Source: Octopus bimaculoides (Eukaryota). From it: DNA of 64,000 nucleotides. Both the position numbers and the translations under genes were made by a program. How positions within the stretch are numbered: the first letter of the stretch is position 1; each line of letters opens with the position of its first letter. The DNA lies in NCBI RefSeq assembly GCF_001194135.2, contig NC_068990.1:63802703-63866702 (forward strand). Reading direction: 5' to 3'. The notes beneath the pieces were generated by a model. That model saw only the letters and a program-made list of their open reading frames with translations, was not told the origin of the DNA and made no database searches. Shown piece by piece: positions 36,838 to 50,300 of the stretch.

Positions 36838-38395
36838 AATGTATGCATGTTTTTACCTGTATGTTTTACATGTGTGCATGTTTGAAGATTAATGCAGGAT
36901 TGAGGAAAGAATCCATTTTTAAATGTAAAAGTATGAATTCAGATAAAAGAACATATGGAGGAAATATATATTGATTTTCTTCCATATGTCCTTATTTGCA
37001 TTCCTATATCGTTTATGCTACATAGCACCTTGGGCAAGTATCTTTTATTATAGCCCAGAACCAATCAGTAACTTAGGAATGAATTTGGTTGATGGAAACT
37101 ACAAGAGATCTATCATATGTGTGTATGTAAGCAAGAGAGAGAGGGAGTGTGCATAACAATTGATATTCTAAGCATATCACTGCTGGAGCAAAAATAATAA
37201 TGATGTTGGCATTCCTTGCTGACATAAACAGTTGCTCTGTGCTTTGAAGGACATTGGTATAAAAAGTCCTTTACTTAAAAAAAACAGGTATGTAATAAGA
37301 GGGACATCTAACCATAAAATCGTTCCTTGCATAACTCTGAAATTAGTTTTGTGGAACTCAGTTCATGGCGATGTAAGAAGAGGAATTGATTGTCACTTTT
37401 ACATAGACAACTTGATTGCAGACACAGTCCTGAAATGTATCCAGAACCTTCAGGCAGCAATGATGGACTGAGAAGAAGTGTGATAGGTGGAATTTGTTGC
37501 TACAGTCTTGGTTGGAACCCATCCATAATAATAATAATCATATAACTCTCTTTTCCAACCTATAGTTGAATGGAAAAAGTAATGTTAAGATGAAGGAATG
37601 AGTGACTGTTGAATTATGGTAAAAGTAAGAGATGTTTGCTGGTGTGATATTTTTTTTTTTTGCTTTTTGATCTAAATATTTTTCATATTGTGTTTTTTTA
37701 TTAACAGCGAGATAGTTTATATAATAAAAATGAGTCTGGCAGCCAACATCAACAGACATGTAAAAAACTGAGTATTTTAACAGGAAGTACAGAGGTGAGA
37801 TGTTTGATTTTCTTAGAAATTAAACAATGGAAATTAACATATTACACTAGCTAGTTATCTTTTTTATTGCATCTATATTTTTAGAACAGCTTGTGGTTGT
37901 ATGATTTTGCAAGTTTCAGGTGGCTGCATAAACTGTCTCATGTTTTACAGCTAAATGAATACATGATAGAGTTTATATCACTGGTGGTATGAGTGTGGGT
38001 GAGTGATAGACATTATTTTAGTTGTTATTATCATTGGCAAGAGAGTAGCTTAGAAAAGTTCATAAAAGCTTCAAATAGAATGTCTTGCAGGATTCATTTT
38101 GGCTCTACTATCTTAAAAATAAAAGAAGATGGAATGGTTATAACTGGAAAATTTTTTAGCATAGACCCTCCCAGAAATGCTTAAACTGGGGTGAAACTGT
38201 ATTAGAATATAAGATCCATCTTTTGGTAATTTGTGGTCAGCCATTGGACACATTTGCTTGAAAAATTAAAGTTACTGTGTGAGTTATATTCTGTATATAT
38301 TAAACATTATTTTAAAATTTTCTGTCTAGAACTTTTTCACTGTTCTTCTCCACCTCTCTCATCTTCATACTTGGTTAATTATATCTTTATTATAG

Positions 38396-38569
38396 CACGT
38401 CAATGGCATCTGTTGCTATTTCTTGAAGACTTTCCACAAAGCTGTCACAGATAGTAACATATCTCAGAACGTGTCATTTGGAGTGTTGGATTGCCGGAAA
38501 GAGAAAATATTACCAGGAATTGGAGAACACCTGAATAAGATAATTCTTGATTCCTTAAAGTCTCTTGAG
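38396..38569 (+). CDS. Dynein exon HVNGICCYFLKTFHKAVTDSNISQNVSFGVLDCRKEKILPGIGEHLNKIILDSLKSLE
   Basis: ttatag acceptor, GAG|gtatac donor, 174 nt open; resembles LTGVCVFFIRT...NIHQEVSFNMLD. Confidence 0.88.
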
Positions 38570-40252
38570 GTATACCAAAATCTTTGACTCAAGATCAAAA
38601 TGTTAAGGCATTATCGAAGACAGAAATTTATTCATTTTTGTAATTTTAAGCTGTGTACTTATCCTTTATAAAAAAAACATCTGGTAACAATTTTTATGCC
38701 ATTTTAAATCCCACTAAAAAGGAAGACAAATTACTTTTTACCTCTTTGCACACTGATTAATAATTTCACCAAAAAAATCTTTGAATTAGCCAATTTATTT
38801 TAATGTTTTATTTTAATGCATCATGATGTTGTTGAATTAGTTTATTTTTTTATTGATGTTTTTAAACACCACAGTGTGTTTATTCTTAATTGTATCTATT
38901 TCTGCTAAATTAACATCAGCAAAATATTGATATATTGTTCAATAAAAAAAAATGTCAGTGAAATATTGGAGTTGGATCAATTAACCATATATTTACAAAA
39001 CAAAAAGAGTGTAGTCGTAACTAAGGTGTGGTAGAAACATGATGGTCAGTTCTCGGCATACAGAGCTAATAATCCTGTTTCAATTCCCAGTTGAAATTAT
39101 TTCTTATTCTATTTATAATAAAGAGATTTATAGTATGTTAAAAAAACAAGCTGAATAAAGAAGGAACTTTTCAGTATCAAAAGCATTATCTGATGGAAGC
39201 AAGAGAGAGATAAAGTGATGTCTATATGGATGTTTAGTTAAAAATATAATTTACAGCAATTGAAGAAATAGTGAAAATCGAACACATATACACAAGGTAT
39301 GTGTGTTGTTAGTTTGTGGGTCAGCTGTGGTCTTTAGGCATAAGAGAATATATTTTCTATGTGCCTGGTGTAAAAACCATCTGAAAGTAAGTCATAGTCA
39401 AGTGAAACAACTCATATAGGTCCCTTTTCGGAACAACAAACATTAATGTTTCATCATTGTTGTAATCTATCAATGTTGCATACCAAACAAGGTCTGCTAC
39501 AAGCCACATTGCCGACTATGACTATGTTAAATGGTTTAAACACTATCTGCTGGCATGGCCCAATGTTTTATGCCATGAAAAAAATTCAAATATGAATTTG
39601 ACACAGTTTAAGGTATATAAACAAAATTGAACCCACATTCTTCGTGTATGTGTGTTCAATTTTGTTTATCTACCTGGAGCTGCTTCTAATTTATATTTGA
39701 AGAAATAGTGTTGTAGTTATAATGGTAAAGGAGGGATGGGTGTTGCAAAGATGAGTTACTGGAAAGGCTTGAGATGTAGAGGTTGGGTGTAAGGACATTG
39801 ATATTAATGGTATGCTTTTATGACCTCAGTTTAACTGAAATAGGTCTTCTCAAGCACGATCTCAGTCCTTTGTCATCTCCACTGTGGGGCTCAACAGTTT
39901 GAGATTTGTCTTCACTACTTGACCCCCACATCTTCCTGGATCTCCCTCTTCCATGAGTTCCATCCACATCCACATGCCTCACATGACATTACCAGTGCAA
40001 GCTTCTCTCTTGCATACAACATGTGATAGCTCTTATTCCTTGATTTTTTTCTCTACATTTTGTCTTAAATGCACACTGACGTTATATTACAATATTTGAT
40101 AATTATAATAATGATAGTAGTATTGATTCTGCTGCTGCTGCTGCTGCTGATGATGATGATAACGACGACGATGGTGGTGGTGGTGATAGTAGTTGTGGTA
40201 GTGGTGATGAGGATGATAAACTTCTATCAGTAATGGTTTATTTGCTTTGTAG

Positions 40253-40442
40253 TCTTGGGGATCCCTCTCAAATGGAAATGGACCAGAAACCAAAGTAGGA
40301 GAGTTTTTAGAACAACTTGAACGATTTTCTGGAAGTGTGAACAGTTCCATAAATGTTTTGGAAGGACAGCTGGCTTTAGTAGAAAATGGATATGGTCAGT
40401 TGATAAGTGGCTTGGACTGCCCTCAAGACTACCAAGCTGCAG
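40253..40442 (+). CDS. Dynein exon SWGSLSNGNGPETKVGEFLEQLERF...PQDYQAA
   Basis: tgtag acceptor, CAG|gtatat donor, 190 nt open, phase 0-1; WG.L and EFL..LE.F motifs. Confidence 0.9.
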
Positions 40443-40861
40443 GTATATTTGGCTATTGCTTTTGCTATACAATTATGTGGTGATGGTGAGAAGTTCATTT
40501 TGCTATCACAGAATTTTGGGTTCAGTCCCACTGCAGTACATTTTGGGCATGTTTCTTTTGTAGTCTCAGATTTTCCTGTTTTGTGAGCGGAATTGATAAG
40601 TAGAAACTGTGCAGAAGCCTGTTCTGTGTATGTGTGTGTATGCATATGTGTGTGTGTGTGTGTGTGTATGTGTACATATATATATGTATATATACTGTTA
40701 TTATTATTATTTAAAACAGTTTGATTCAGTTCCGTGTTACAACTTCCAGTTTTGTGGGCCCCTAACAGAAGCCCAACTCTTTCAGGCTTCTGTTTTAAAT
40801 TATACATGTAACTCCTACTAAATGTATTGAATGTCCTTTTCTTTCATTTTTCCACTCACTA

Positions 40862-40919
<58 letters not shown>

Positions 40920-41906
40920 TGAGTAAATAATCCCGTTTTTGTCAGCAATTTAGATCAGAGTTTTGGCTGTTATTTCCAGCAGGTAGACATACCTGGTATG
41001 TCCTTTGATATATATATACAAATGATCAGAAAATGGAGAAAACCTCAGATTAACAAGCACATCAATTGGACTACATTTATAGCTCATTTTTTAATACAAA
41101 GCATGACATAACAAATAGGTGGTGTAACATATCTACATCACCAAGTGATACTAAAGAACATCTCACCATACACTACACTTTGAATTCGATTACAATGAAT
41201 TTGGAGTTGTTGGTTAAATGACACCAAAATACTTATATTTATGTTTATGTATTTGTTATGCAAGATTCTTGATGTGAAATTGTGTGTTGAAATGGATATT
41301 GTTGTAGTGCATATGTTTAATTGGCAAAATATGACCATCCCCAATTATAACAATATTTATATTTAGTTTCTTTTGTTTGTTTGTTTTTTTTTCTAATTTA
41401 CAAAGTTACTAGTAACTATGTGTTTAATTATTTTTCTAAATACTAAGACCTTAGATAACACACATTAAATAAATAACAGCTACTAAACCATTTTACTTTT
41501 GGTTGGCCATCTGATCTAGAAAACTTCTAACCCTTTATGTAATCATAACAAAATAAGTGTCTTTAATCACTTCTGTAGGCCCAGACACTTAAAAATAAAT
41601 TTGAAGAGAAAAATGAATACAAGGTTGTTGAACATCAATTGAGACTAGAATCTCTGTTCACTGTAACCATTATGAAAACCTTCAGATTTAGCAAAGAACT
41701 ATAGATTGAATCATGAACTGGATTTAAATTAATGTACTCAAGAACATCCGTTCAGTGCTTAAATAACATTAAACTGTAATAGCAAACAGCTTAATAATCT
41801 AACTAACATAATTGCTTAATAAACTAACCAGCAACTAATAATCAATTCATTTTGTTTCCCTTCTGTTTTTTTTTTTTTGTTTTTTGTTTTTATTAAACTT
41901 TACTAG

Positions 41907-42072
41907 CTGGCAATTCTGAGTCTGTTGATAAGTTTGAAGAGCTTTTGGGTATCTGGGCAAACCAAATTGAACAAGTATTAGCTGAAAGTGAACAAATGAG
42001 ACGAGAAGCTGATGACATAGGACCAACTGCTGAGCTTATTCACTGGAAGAATAGGATGTCAAAATTCAACAA
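41907..42072 (+). CDS. Dynein exon GNSESVDKFEELLGIWANQIEQVLAESEQMRREADDIGPTAELIHWKNRMSKFN
   Basis: tactag acceptor, AA|gtaatc donor, phase 1-2; highly conserved DHC tail motif. Confidence 0.95.
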
Positions 42073-42574
42073 GTAATCAAACTTAAATTTCCTTTTATTT
42101 ATCAATATGTCCATTTTTTTTTTTTTTTTTACCTTACTGAAATGATTCTCTTAACTGCAAACTAAATATAGCATCTTATTAGAGTTGAACTTCTCTTTGA
42201 TGAAGCTGTAAATTCAACTTTCCTAGACTATTGCTATAAAAGACATAGAGTTGATGCTACAGTTATATTTTTTGGAGCAACCGTCAACTACTTTGCATTC
42301 AATAAAATTGTAAGTCAATCAGCAACATCTTTTGGCCAATGGTTTGCTTTTATGTTCCCTTACCATTTTTCTCTTCTAGTATTAATACTGCAATAACATT
42401 TTGCTCATATGAAATTACAGACATGTCTTTTTTGTTTTTATACTTCTACCATCTTTTTTACTCTGTATTTCCCACTGCAATACCTTACAACAGCATGTTA
42501 AATTATAAACACTAGTGTTTCAATTACCGATCACATTTATGAAATATGTTCTACTTCTTATGTTTTCTCTTTAG

Positions 42575-42668
42575 TCTTTTGGAACAGATTAAAAGCAAGA
42601 AAGTGAAAACTGTGGTTGGTGTTTTACAAGCAGCAAAGTCTAAAAGTTTGAAAAGATGGAAAGAACTG
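42575..42668 (+). CDS. Dynein exon LLEQIKSKKVKTVVGVLQAAKSKSLKRWKEL
   Basis: ctctttag acceptor, CTG|gtaggt donor, phase 2-0; resembles [31 protein letters not shown]. Confidence 0.95.
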
Positions 42669-43330
42669 GTAGGTATCATCATCATCATCATCATCGTTTA
42701 ACGTCTGCTTTCCATGCTAGCATGGGTTGGACGATTTGATTGAGGACTGGTGAACCAGATGGCTACACCAGGCTCCAATCTGATTTGGCAGTGTTTCTAC
42801 AGCTGGATGCTCTTCCTAATGCCAACCACTCCAAGTGAAATTTAAGAAAAATATATTAGTTAACATTCAGTTTAGAAAGCTAATGTTTGATGAATACATT
42901 GAAGATATACATGGATTCAGGAAGAAGAAAAAGTTTTCTTTCTTGCTGAAGAAGGACTTTGTCTGAAATGTTGAAAAATCAAACTTTACATATTAATAAT
43001 AAACACAATTTTTACTGATACAGACCACCATTAGCCACAATTTTTTTGACAAATTTTCCTATAGCTAAAATATCTTCAGCAAAATTTCTCTACAGCTGGG
43101 TTTCCACAAACCTTTGGTGCATTATATTTTGGATGATGAAAAATTAAGTAATTTATTTTATAAGTCATATTTCTTTGACATAAATAAAGGTATTTAAAAC
43201 AAATAAAAATGTCTCTCAAAGTACAAGGCTTGCTTAATGAAACAGTTCATTTTTAAGATAAAGTTCATTTTCTTGAGAGATTTTGTCGTACGGGATTACT
43301 AAGACATTTTCTTGTCATTAATTATTCCAG

Positions 43331-43429
43331 GATGGCCGTATTACTGATGCAGCAAATGAAGCAAAAGATAATGTGAAATACCTGTATACTCTGGAGAAAT
43401 TCTTTGGATCTTTAATCAAGTGTAATCCG
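43331..43429 (+). CDS. Dynein exon [33 protein letters not shown]
   Basis: ttccag acceptor, CCG|gtaaat donor, 99 nt; near-invariant [15 protein letters not shown]. Confidence 0.96.
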
Positions 43430-44216
43430 GTAAATTTGAAAAATTTGAAAGCTGTTTATTGAAGAAATATTTTTTTTTTGTTTCTGTGTGGTGCATGAAA
43501 AGAGTGTATAATATATAGCTTAGGTTCACTCAGCTGGCAAAAATGAATAGGGCCTGTATTTCAAAGGACCATCCTTGTCACATCCCTGTGTCATACTGAA
43601 TCTCCTTCAGAACTACATTAAAGGTATACATGTCTGTGGAGTGCTCAACCGCTTGCGCATTAATTCCATGAGCAAGGTATTCCATTGACTGGATCAACTG
43701 CAACCTTTGTCATCATAATCAAGAGAGTACCAGGTATATATCTTCTTAAGTAGGCAGTATCTCCTTAAGTGAGTACTGCATTTCCTTGGGACAATGTGAC
43801 TGCTGAAGTGAACTGCTGTTGTTTAACCCCAAGTCAGTTCTGACTGAGTAGATCAATGATCAAAGAATTTTGAAACATGATTGTAAAATCTTTTTATCAG
43901 GTATTAAGACAATACTATGCAATGTGTCCCTCCTTTTTCAAAAGTTTAGAGTGTAGTGAAAGTGATTTGGCTGCTATTTTAACAGGTTGCTCAGCACTGT
44001 GCTGAGGCAATCTCATAATCCATGAAATAAGGTGTCATTAGTGAAGGCATTCTTAAGTATATCTGGTTTTGTTATTACTTTATACTTCAGAATTCCCAAC
44101 ATTGTTACTTTTAATAATGTTTTATGATCTGGTTTCCAAGGCAATGCTATAGTGTAGAAATCACTGAAGACAAGATATAGAACCCTGAGAATGGAAATTG
44201 AATACATTTTGACATT

Positions 44217-44553
44217 GGGTAGAGACCCCCTTCGGTCAAGAACGACCATGAGATTGCACCTAGAAGGTTCCTCTCCAAGGCACAAGCTCAGCCAAGGTTG
44301 TTTATAGAAGGTCAGCAGTTGCCCATGCATACCAGCCTCCCCTCTCCATGCTACCTATATTATCCAAGGGAAAGGCAAAGGCTGATACAGCTTGGCACCA
44401 ATAACACTGCAACTCATTTCTACAGCTGAGTGAACTGGAGCAATGTGAAATAAAGTGTCTTGCTCAAGAACATAACTCAGAATCCAGTCTGGGAATTGAA
44501 CTCACTACTCATGATTGGGAGTCCAACACTCTAACCACTGAGCCATGCGCCTT
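44217..44553 (-). mobile_element. SINE family 4 (tRNA-like head GCGCATGGCTCAGTGGTTAG...GAGTTCAATTCC). Second copy 58193-58529(-); degenerate pieces near 13905-14100 and 43520-43730
   Basis: A/B-box-like motifs on the minus strand, TTGAGCAAGACACTTTA...CTCCAGTTCACTCAGCTGTAG body, and two collinear copies. Confidence 0.88.
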
Positions 44554-44673
44554 TAGCGTAGTAAAGTATATTTGACGTAGTACATTTGGTGCATTGTACC
44601 TGTAGTAACACTATGAACATAACATCAGGAGGTACTAAATTTTGCCATTGAAACATTTTCTTCTCATTCACAG

Positions 44674-44855
44674 GTAACAATTGTGGAACACATCCCCAGC
44701 CTCATTAATGCTGTTCGCATGATCTACTGTATTTCCCAGTATTATAATACTTCAGAGCGCATGACATCTCTATTTGTGAAAATAACCAATCAGATGATAG
44801 CAACATGTAAGGTGTACCTTTTGGGTGATGTCAGCAGAATATGGGACCACAAAAG
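44674..44855 (+). CDS. Dynein exon VTIVEHIPSLINAVRMIYCISQYYNTSERMTSLFVKITNQMIATCKVYLLGDVSRIWDHK
   Basis: cacag acceptor, AAG|gtaaat donor, phase 0-2; YYNTSE.MTSLF.K.TNQ motif. Confidence 0.96.
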
Positions 44856-45937
44856 GTAAATATCATCAACATCATCACCACCACCGCTGCTGCCATCATT
44901 AAGAACGTCTGGTGAAGTATCTCTTATATTATATTCTGAGTTCAAATTCTGCCAGGGTCAACGTTTTCTTTCATTCTTCTGAGTCAATAAAATAAAGTAC
45001 CCCCCTCCCCAAAATTTGTGCCAGCATTGAAAATCGTTATTATAACTATAAATTTGTTATAATTCTACAATTCACAAAATATTTAAACAATTTTTTAATA
45101 CAATTCCTAATAATATTTGATTATAAAAATATAACCTGATTTTTTGAATGGCTAGGAGGGTCTATACTAGTAAAACTGGAATCAAAGGGGTCCACAAATA
45201 AAAAAAATAGATGAGAAGCACTGCTTTAGAGGATGATAAAATAAGTAACAGTTAAATATTTAAATGAATTTCTTTATTTCATTTTTGCCACAAGTGCATT
45301 TATTTATCAAAAGTCTACCCAGAAGGTGATGGAATATTGTTCTTTTCATTAATGAAGAGCTTCAGAATATTTAAACATCTACGCAAGTTACTAGGTTAAA
45401 AGAAAAGAAGGTTTGTCCTTAGGCACTTTGTAGTGTTCAAATATTTTTGCAAGCATAATTTTGGCTTAGTTTGTTAGTGGTTTGATATGGCAACCTATGT
45501 AACAATGGGAAGAAGTGCTAACTACAACGGTAGCAGAATTAATGAACCCTCACTTAATTTTTACAAAATACATATCCAAGGTAAACACAAACTATTGTTA
45601 ATTTGTAAGACACATCAAAACATCAAATAAGTACCTGCAGTATTTGTTTTGGCAGTTTGCTTTCTGAGCTGAAAACTGTGGCCTATTTGGCTGATAGACT
45701 TACTCCATTGCCAGGTTTAAAACCTCTGCTTTGTCTTAAACTAGGTTGTCCGGAAAGTTCTGAGCAGTTTTAAGCGAAATCTTTCAATACTTCATTGAAC
45801 ACACCTGAAATATAACACATGGATGAATGTGGCTGCATCATCTTTGATTTTAATTTGTTCAAAGTTAAAGCACATCTGACAGAATCGAATTCCAAATCCA
45901 AATATTTATTTTCATCCTCATTTGGTTTTCTTTTCAG

Positions 45938-46057
45938 AGAAGTTTTGATCCCAATGTTGAGGAATTGTATACATTTGAATGAAAAATACCAAGAACACTT
46001 CCAGAAGACCAAGCAGCGCTTGCAAGCCAATCCAGCTGAAAAACAATTTGAATTCAG
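45938..46057 (+). CDS. Dynein exon EVLIPMLRNCIHLNEKYQEHFQKTKQRLQANPAEKQFEF
   Basis: ttttcag acceptor, CAG|gtataa donor, phase 2-2, 120 nt. Confidence 0.95.
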
Positions 46058-47191
46058 GTATAAAATATGCATAAAATATTTAATTTATTAAATATTTTAG
46101 AATAACATTGAATGGAAAACTAAGAAGAAAGATAACTGTAACTTTGGCTATGTTTCCTCTTCTGAGAATGGGCCTTTAAATATACTCATGCATTAGAGTG
46201 CCAACTCTAAGACAAAGTGTTTATTAATGATTGTACAATGACAAAAGATCAATTCTTATTTTAGTAACACATCAAATAATGGTGCATGATGACCCTCACA
46301 TATATGGAATATCTATCCAATGTCTCTGCCCAATATTGTTGGATGGCAGAGTCTTCAGGCATCTCTTTCATCTGTTTTCAGAAGTAATTGTCTTTAGATT
46401 TTCAAACATGACCAACTGAGTCTATAGATATTATCTAACCATCTTGTTCTCGGTCTGCCTCTAGGTTCTCTACTGGTTGCTCACCTTGAAGAATCCATCT
46501 TGCCCTTCTTTCCTGTGATATTCTAATCCAGTCCATAGTACCAGGGCTGTGACCTCTTAATGCAGAAAAGTAGTGACTCAGTCTGGAGAGACTCCCTGAT
46601 CACTGAACTACACACTCCCTTGAGTAACATTACCCCCAGAAATCCTTCAGAAGAACTTCATTTTGGCCACTTGTATTCACAGTTACATTCTTTTGGTCAT
46701 TTCATAATATTTATGATCATAGGTGAGAATAAGTACACAAACCAAACTGGAATGGATGCAAGCATGGGCATAAGGTTAAGAAGTCTGTTTTGCAACTAAA
46801 TGATTCCAAGTTTGATTCTGCAACACTGCACCTTGAAGAAATAATAATAAATCATTTATTGGAGTTGAGATTTTGAGTGTTCATGAATAGCTAATGTGGA
46901 GTGAAAACGTCTTATTATTGCATGAAATTGTAACATGATCACTAACTTCTTAGTCATGATTAGCACAGGCAAAAGTGGTCAACTGTGTAAATATTTAATT
47001 TCATATATATATATTTTGTCCAATATAAAATTTCTGTGCAATTTGCTTCTTATATTTTTCACTACAATTCACCAACTAAAAAAAAAAAAATTTATGGAAC
47101 ATACACTCACACACACCTGTGTGTGTGTGTCTGTACTATTCTCTGTTCTATAGTTAATCTAATCTAGTTAATGTCATGTTTTGTTATTCAG

Positions 47192-47393
47192 TGAAAACTA
47201 CATATTTGGCAAATTTGATGCATTTTGCAAACGTCTTGAACGTGTCAATGAAATGGTTAATATAATGACAGCATTTTCAGTGCTTCAAGACATTAAGATA
47301 GAAGGCATTGATACCATTGTGGTCAAGTACAAAACCATTGTGGAATCCGTGAAAAAGAAGAATTATGACATTTTGGATCACAGAAAAACAGAG
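47192..47393 (+). CDS. Dynein exon ENYIFGKFDAFCKRLERVNEM...KKKNYDILDHRKTE
   Basis: attcag acceptor, GAG|gttaga donor, phase 2-0; YIFGKF and IEG motifs. Confidence 0.96.
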
Positions 47394-50300
47394 GTTAGAA
47401 TTATAACATTTATGATCAAATTATTTTATTATTATTATTATTATTTCATTAGTTCCATAAGTTTAAAAATTGCTTTTAAGTACATTGCTGTACTTGAATG
47501 TCTATATCGTCGTCATTTCAGTATTTACTTCTCAATACTTACATGGCACAGATGAGAATATGTTGGGTAGAGTTTTCCATGGCAGGATGCCCTTCCTATC
47601 AGCCTCCTCTCTACCATTTCTGTTTTCATATGAGGTAATGATCTCCCAGTCTGTCAAGCACCAAACTGAAGAACTGGAAACAAACAACACCAAAACAAGC
47701 CTTTTGTCTTCAAAGATATCATAACATGACAACTCATGCTGTTAAGCCGGGTCATACTTTTGCTGTGGGCTGCAAATGCAAATGAATGACACTATTAGTG
47801 AAGCCATTGCTTTCAGTAAATAAGTGAAATACATGTATAGACACAAGAGAAATATAAAATCCCTTACACAAATATACACACATACATATCAGCAATGGGC
47901 TTCTTTCAGTTTTCATCTAAAACATTAACAGTTTTACACAAATATATACACAGTAAAGCAAAGCTGCATGATTAACTTGGTAATCTAGGGGTTTATACCC
48001 AGTAGCATTTGTACATGTTCACATACAAACATAGACTAAAAGAGGATGAGGTAGGATTTGCACTCTGACTTCATAAAACTCCCACCAGCAGTGACGACCC
48101 AAACAGACCTATGAGGTCGGAGAGTTGTTGCCTGAGTGGTGCAAAGCTGTCATCTGTCAGAAGGAGGGAATTACCAGCAAATAGTGGATGCATCAACATG
48201 ATGTTACAGTACATGCTCCCATACTACTACTACAGCTGCTGATATAGAAATTAGAACTCAGAAAATAAGCTTTTGGTTCAATGCATAAAATGCAAATGTA
48301 AATCGAGCAGTTAGAAAAAAGAAAACTGTAAACAGTGAACTCATTGTGAACAAAAATTCAAAGATATTGAATTTATGTTCACAACTAATTTGTTCATGCT
48401 TCCCATTCTTGACTTTATCAAATGTGGAATTTGCTAGCTGATTCAATCTGTGGACCTATCTGTGGATTCTGGTAATTCCTTAGATTTAATCTTGATTGGC
48501 AAATGGAATCCAGATTCATGCAAAAATGTCATTGCAAATGGAATGAAGACACAGTTCTTGGTCATAATCGCTTTTTCAGGGGAAACAAAATTCTTGGTGT
48601 GTTTTAGACAATTTTTAAACTCTCCCCACAACCTATCTTGCCAACATATCCTCCCCACCCACGACCACCACCAGTTACATGCCCTTCCCCTCTCCTTTGC
48701 ATACTTCTCCCCTCTTTATGCCCTCACATATCTTTTCTACAACCAACCCCTGTCACTCCAGTTTCTCTCACTATCATTTGTGACAGTCACCTCTTCCCAC
48801 ATCTCTTAACATCTTCCCTCTCACTGTTATGTAACATCCACTTCTATCCCCTCTGTACTACTTATAGTTACCTCCCCCCACCACAACTGTACTTTGTGGG
48901 TATGTCTTGATAGATCTCTACCACCATCTGTTTCTCTCTCTTTCACTTTGTCTGTCTTTTTATCTTCCTCTCTAACTCTATCTCTCTTTCCTCTCCTTTC
49001 TTTTCCTGCTAGGGTAGCCAAGTATTTCCTCTATAGTAAAACACCTATCCCTCGGTTATACTTTAACCTTTCGACTACCACTCCCTCAATAACATTCCCT
49101 CTCCCAACCAAGTGGATCTTTGTCATGCAAGTATTCGGTGATTCCACTGGGGCTGGGGCTGCATAAAAAGCACGCAGTACACTCTATAAAGCAGTTGGCA
49201 TTAGGAAAGGCATCCAGCTGTAGAAACCATGCCAGAACAGATAAAGGGAGCCTGGTGCAGCTCTACGGTTTGCCAAATCCTTTCAAACCATCCTACCTAT
49301 GAAAGCATGGAAAACAGACAATAATTGACGGCGGCGGCGGCAGCGACGTTTCATAAAATAAAGTTATTTTTAAGAATTAGACCAGTGTGGTAAGAAGCTT
49401 GCTTCCTAACCACACAGTTCTGCAATCAGTCACACTCTGTGGAACCTTGGGCAAGTGTCTCTTTCTATAGCCTCAGACTGACCAAAGCCTTGAGAGCAGA
49501 TTTGGGAAACAGAAACTGAAAGAATCCCCTTGTATGTGTGTGTGTGTTAATGTCTGTGTTTATCCCCCAACACCATTGAACAACCAATTTTGGTTTGCTT
49601 ACATTCCCATAACTAAACAGTTCGACAAAAGAAACTGATAGAATAAATACCAGGCTTTAAAAAAATTAAGTCATGGGATAGATTCATTCAACAAAAAGTT
49701 CTTCATGGCAGTGCCCCAGCATGGCTACAGTATAAGATAAAAGAATAATTTAATTCTGTAAAATGATTTTAATAAAGTATATACTTCTCACTGTTGTTGC
49801 ATCTCTGATAGAAGTGCAAATTGCATCCCAAGAAGAGATCCCTTTTAATATGTTATATCTTAACTTATTTATAATTTTGTTTTTCAGTTTTTTTTGTTTT
49901 TAATTCTAAATAGTTACCATATTAATTAATTGTGTTCCTAGGGTGAGAACATAACTCTTAGCTTGCTTTCCTACATTGTTGAAAATTAAACATTAACATC
50001 ATCAACATGTGTTATGAGCACACAACAGTTTTAATGGAGGAGTCAATTGCTTATGTATTTGTGTAGATGCCCCTCTTCAACACACTTCCTATGATACTGT
50101 CAGTTTTTATCAACTTTTACATTAGGTTTTGTGTATTTGCATAAAATCACTGCTCAGAGGCTGTATGCATAAACATATTTGCAATTTGATTTTGGTTTAC
50201 ACATTTTAAAAAGAATTAGACCATGTCCATAGGTGGAGGCGTAACTGTGTGGTAAGAAACTTGCTTCCTAACCACATGGTTTTCTGCGTTCAGTACCTCT

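Noticed and set aside
37232-38136. Alternative candidates for the missing exon (37232-37287, 37885-37919, 38091-38136)
   Set aside because: The splice signals are plausible, but the peptides do not resemble the expected segment.
44480-44553. tRNA genes at SINE heads
   Set aside because: A/B-box-like motifs are present, but there is no complete cloverleaf and each continues into a repeat body.
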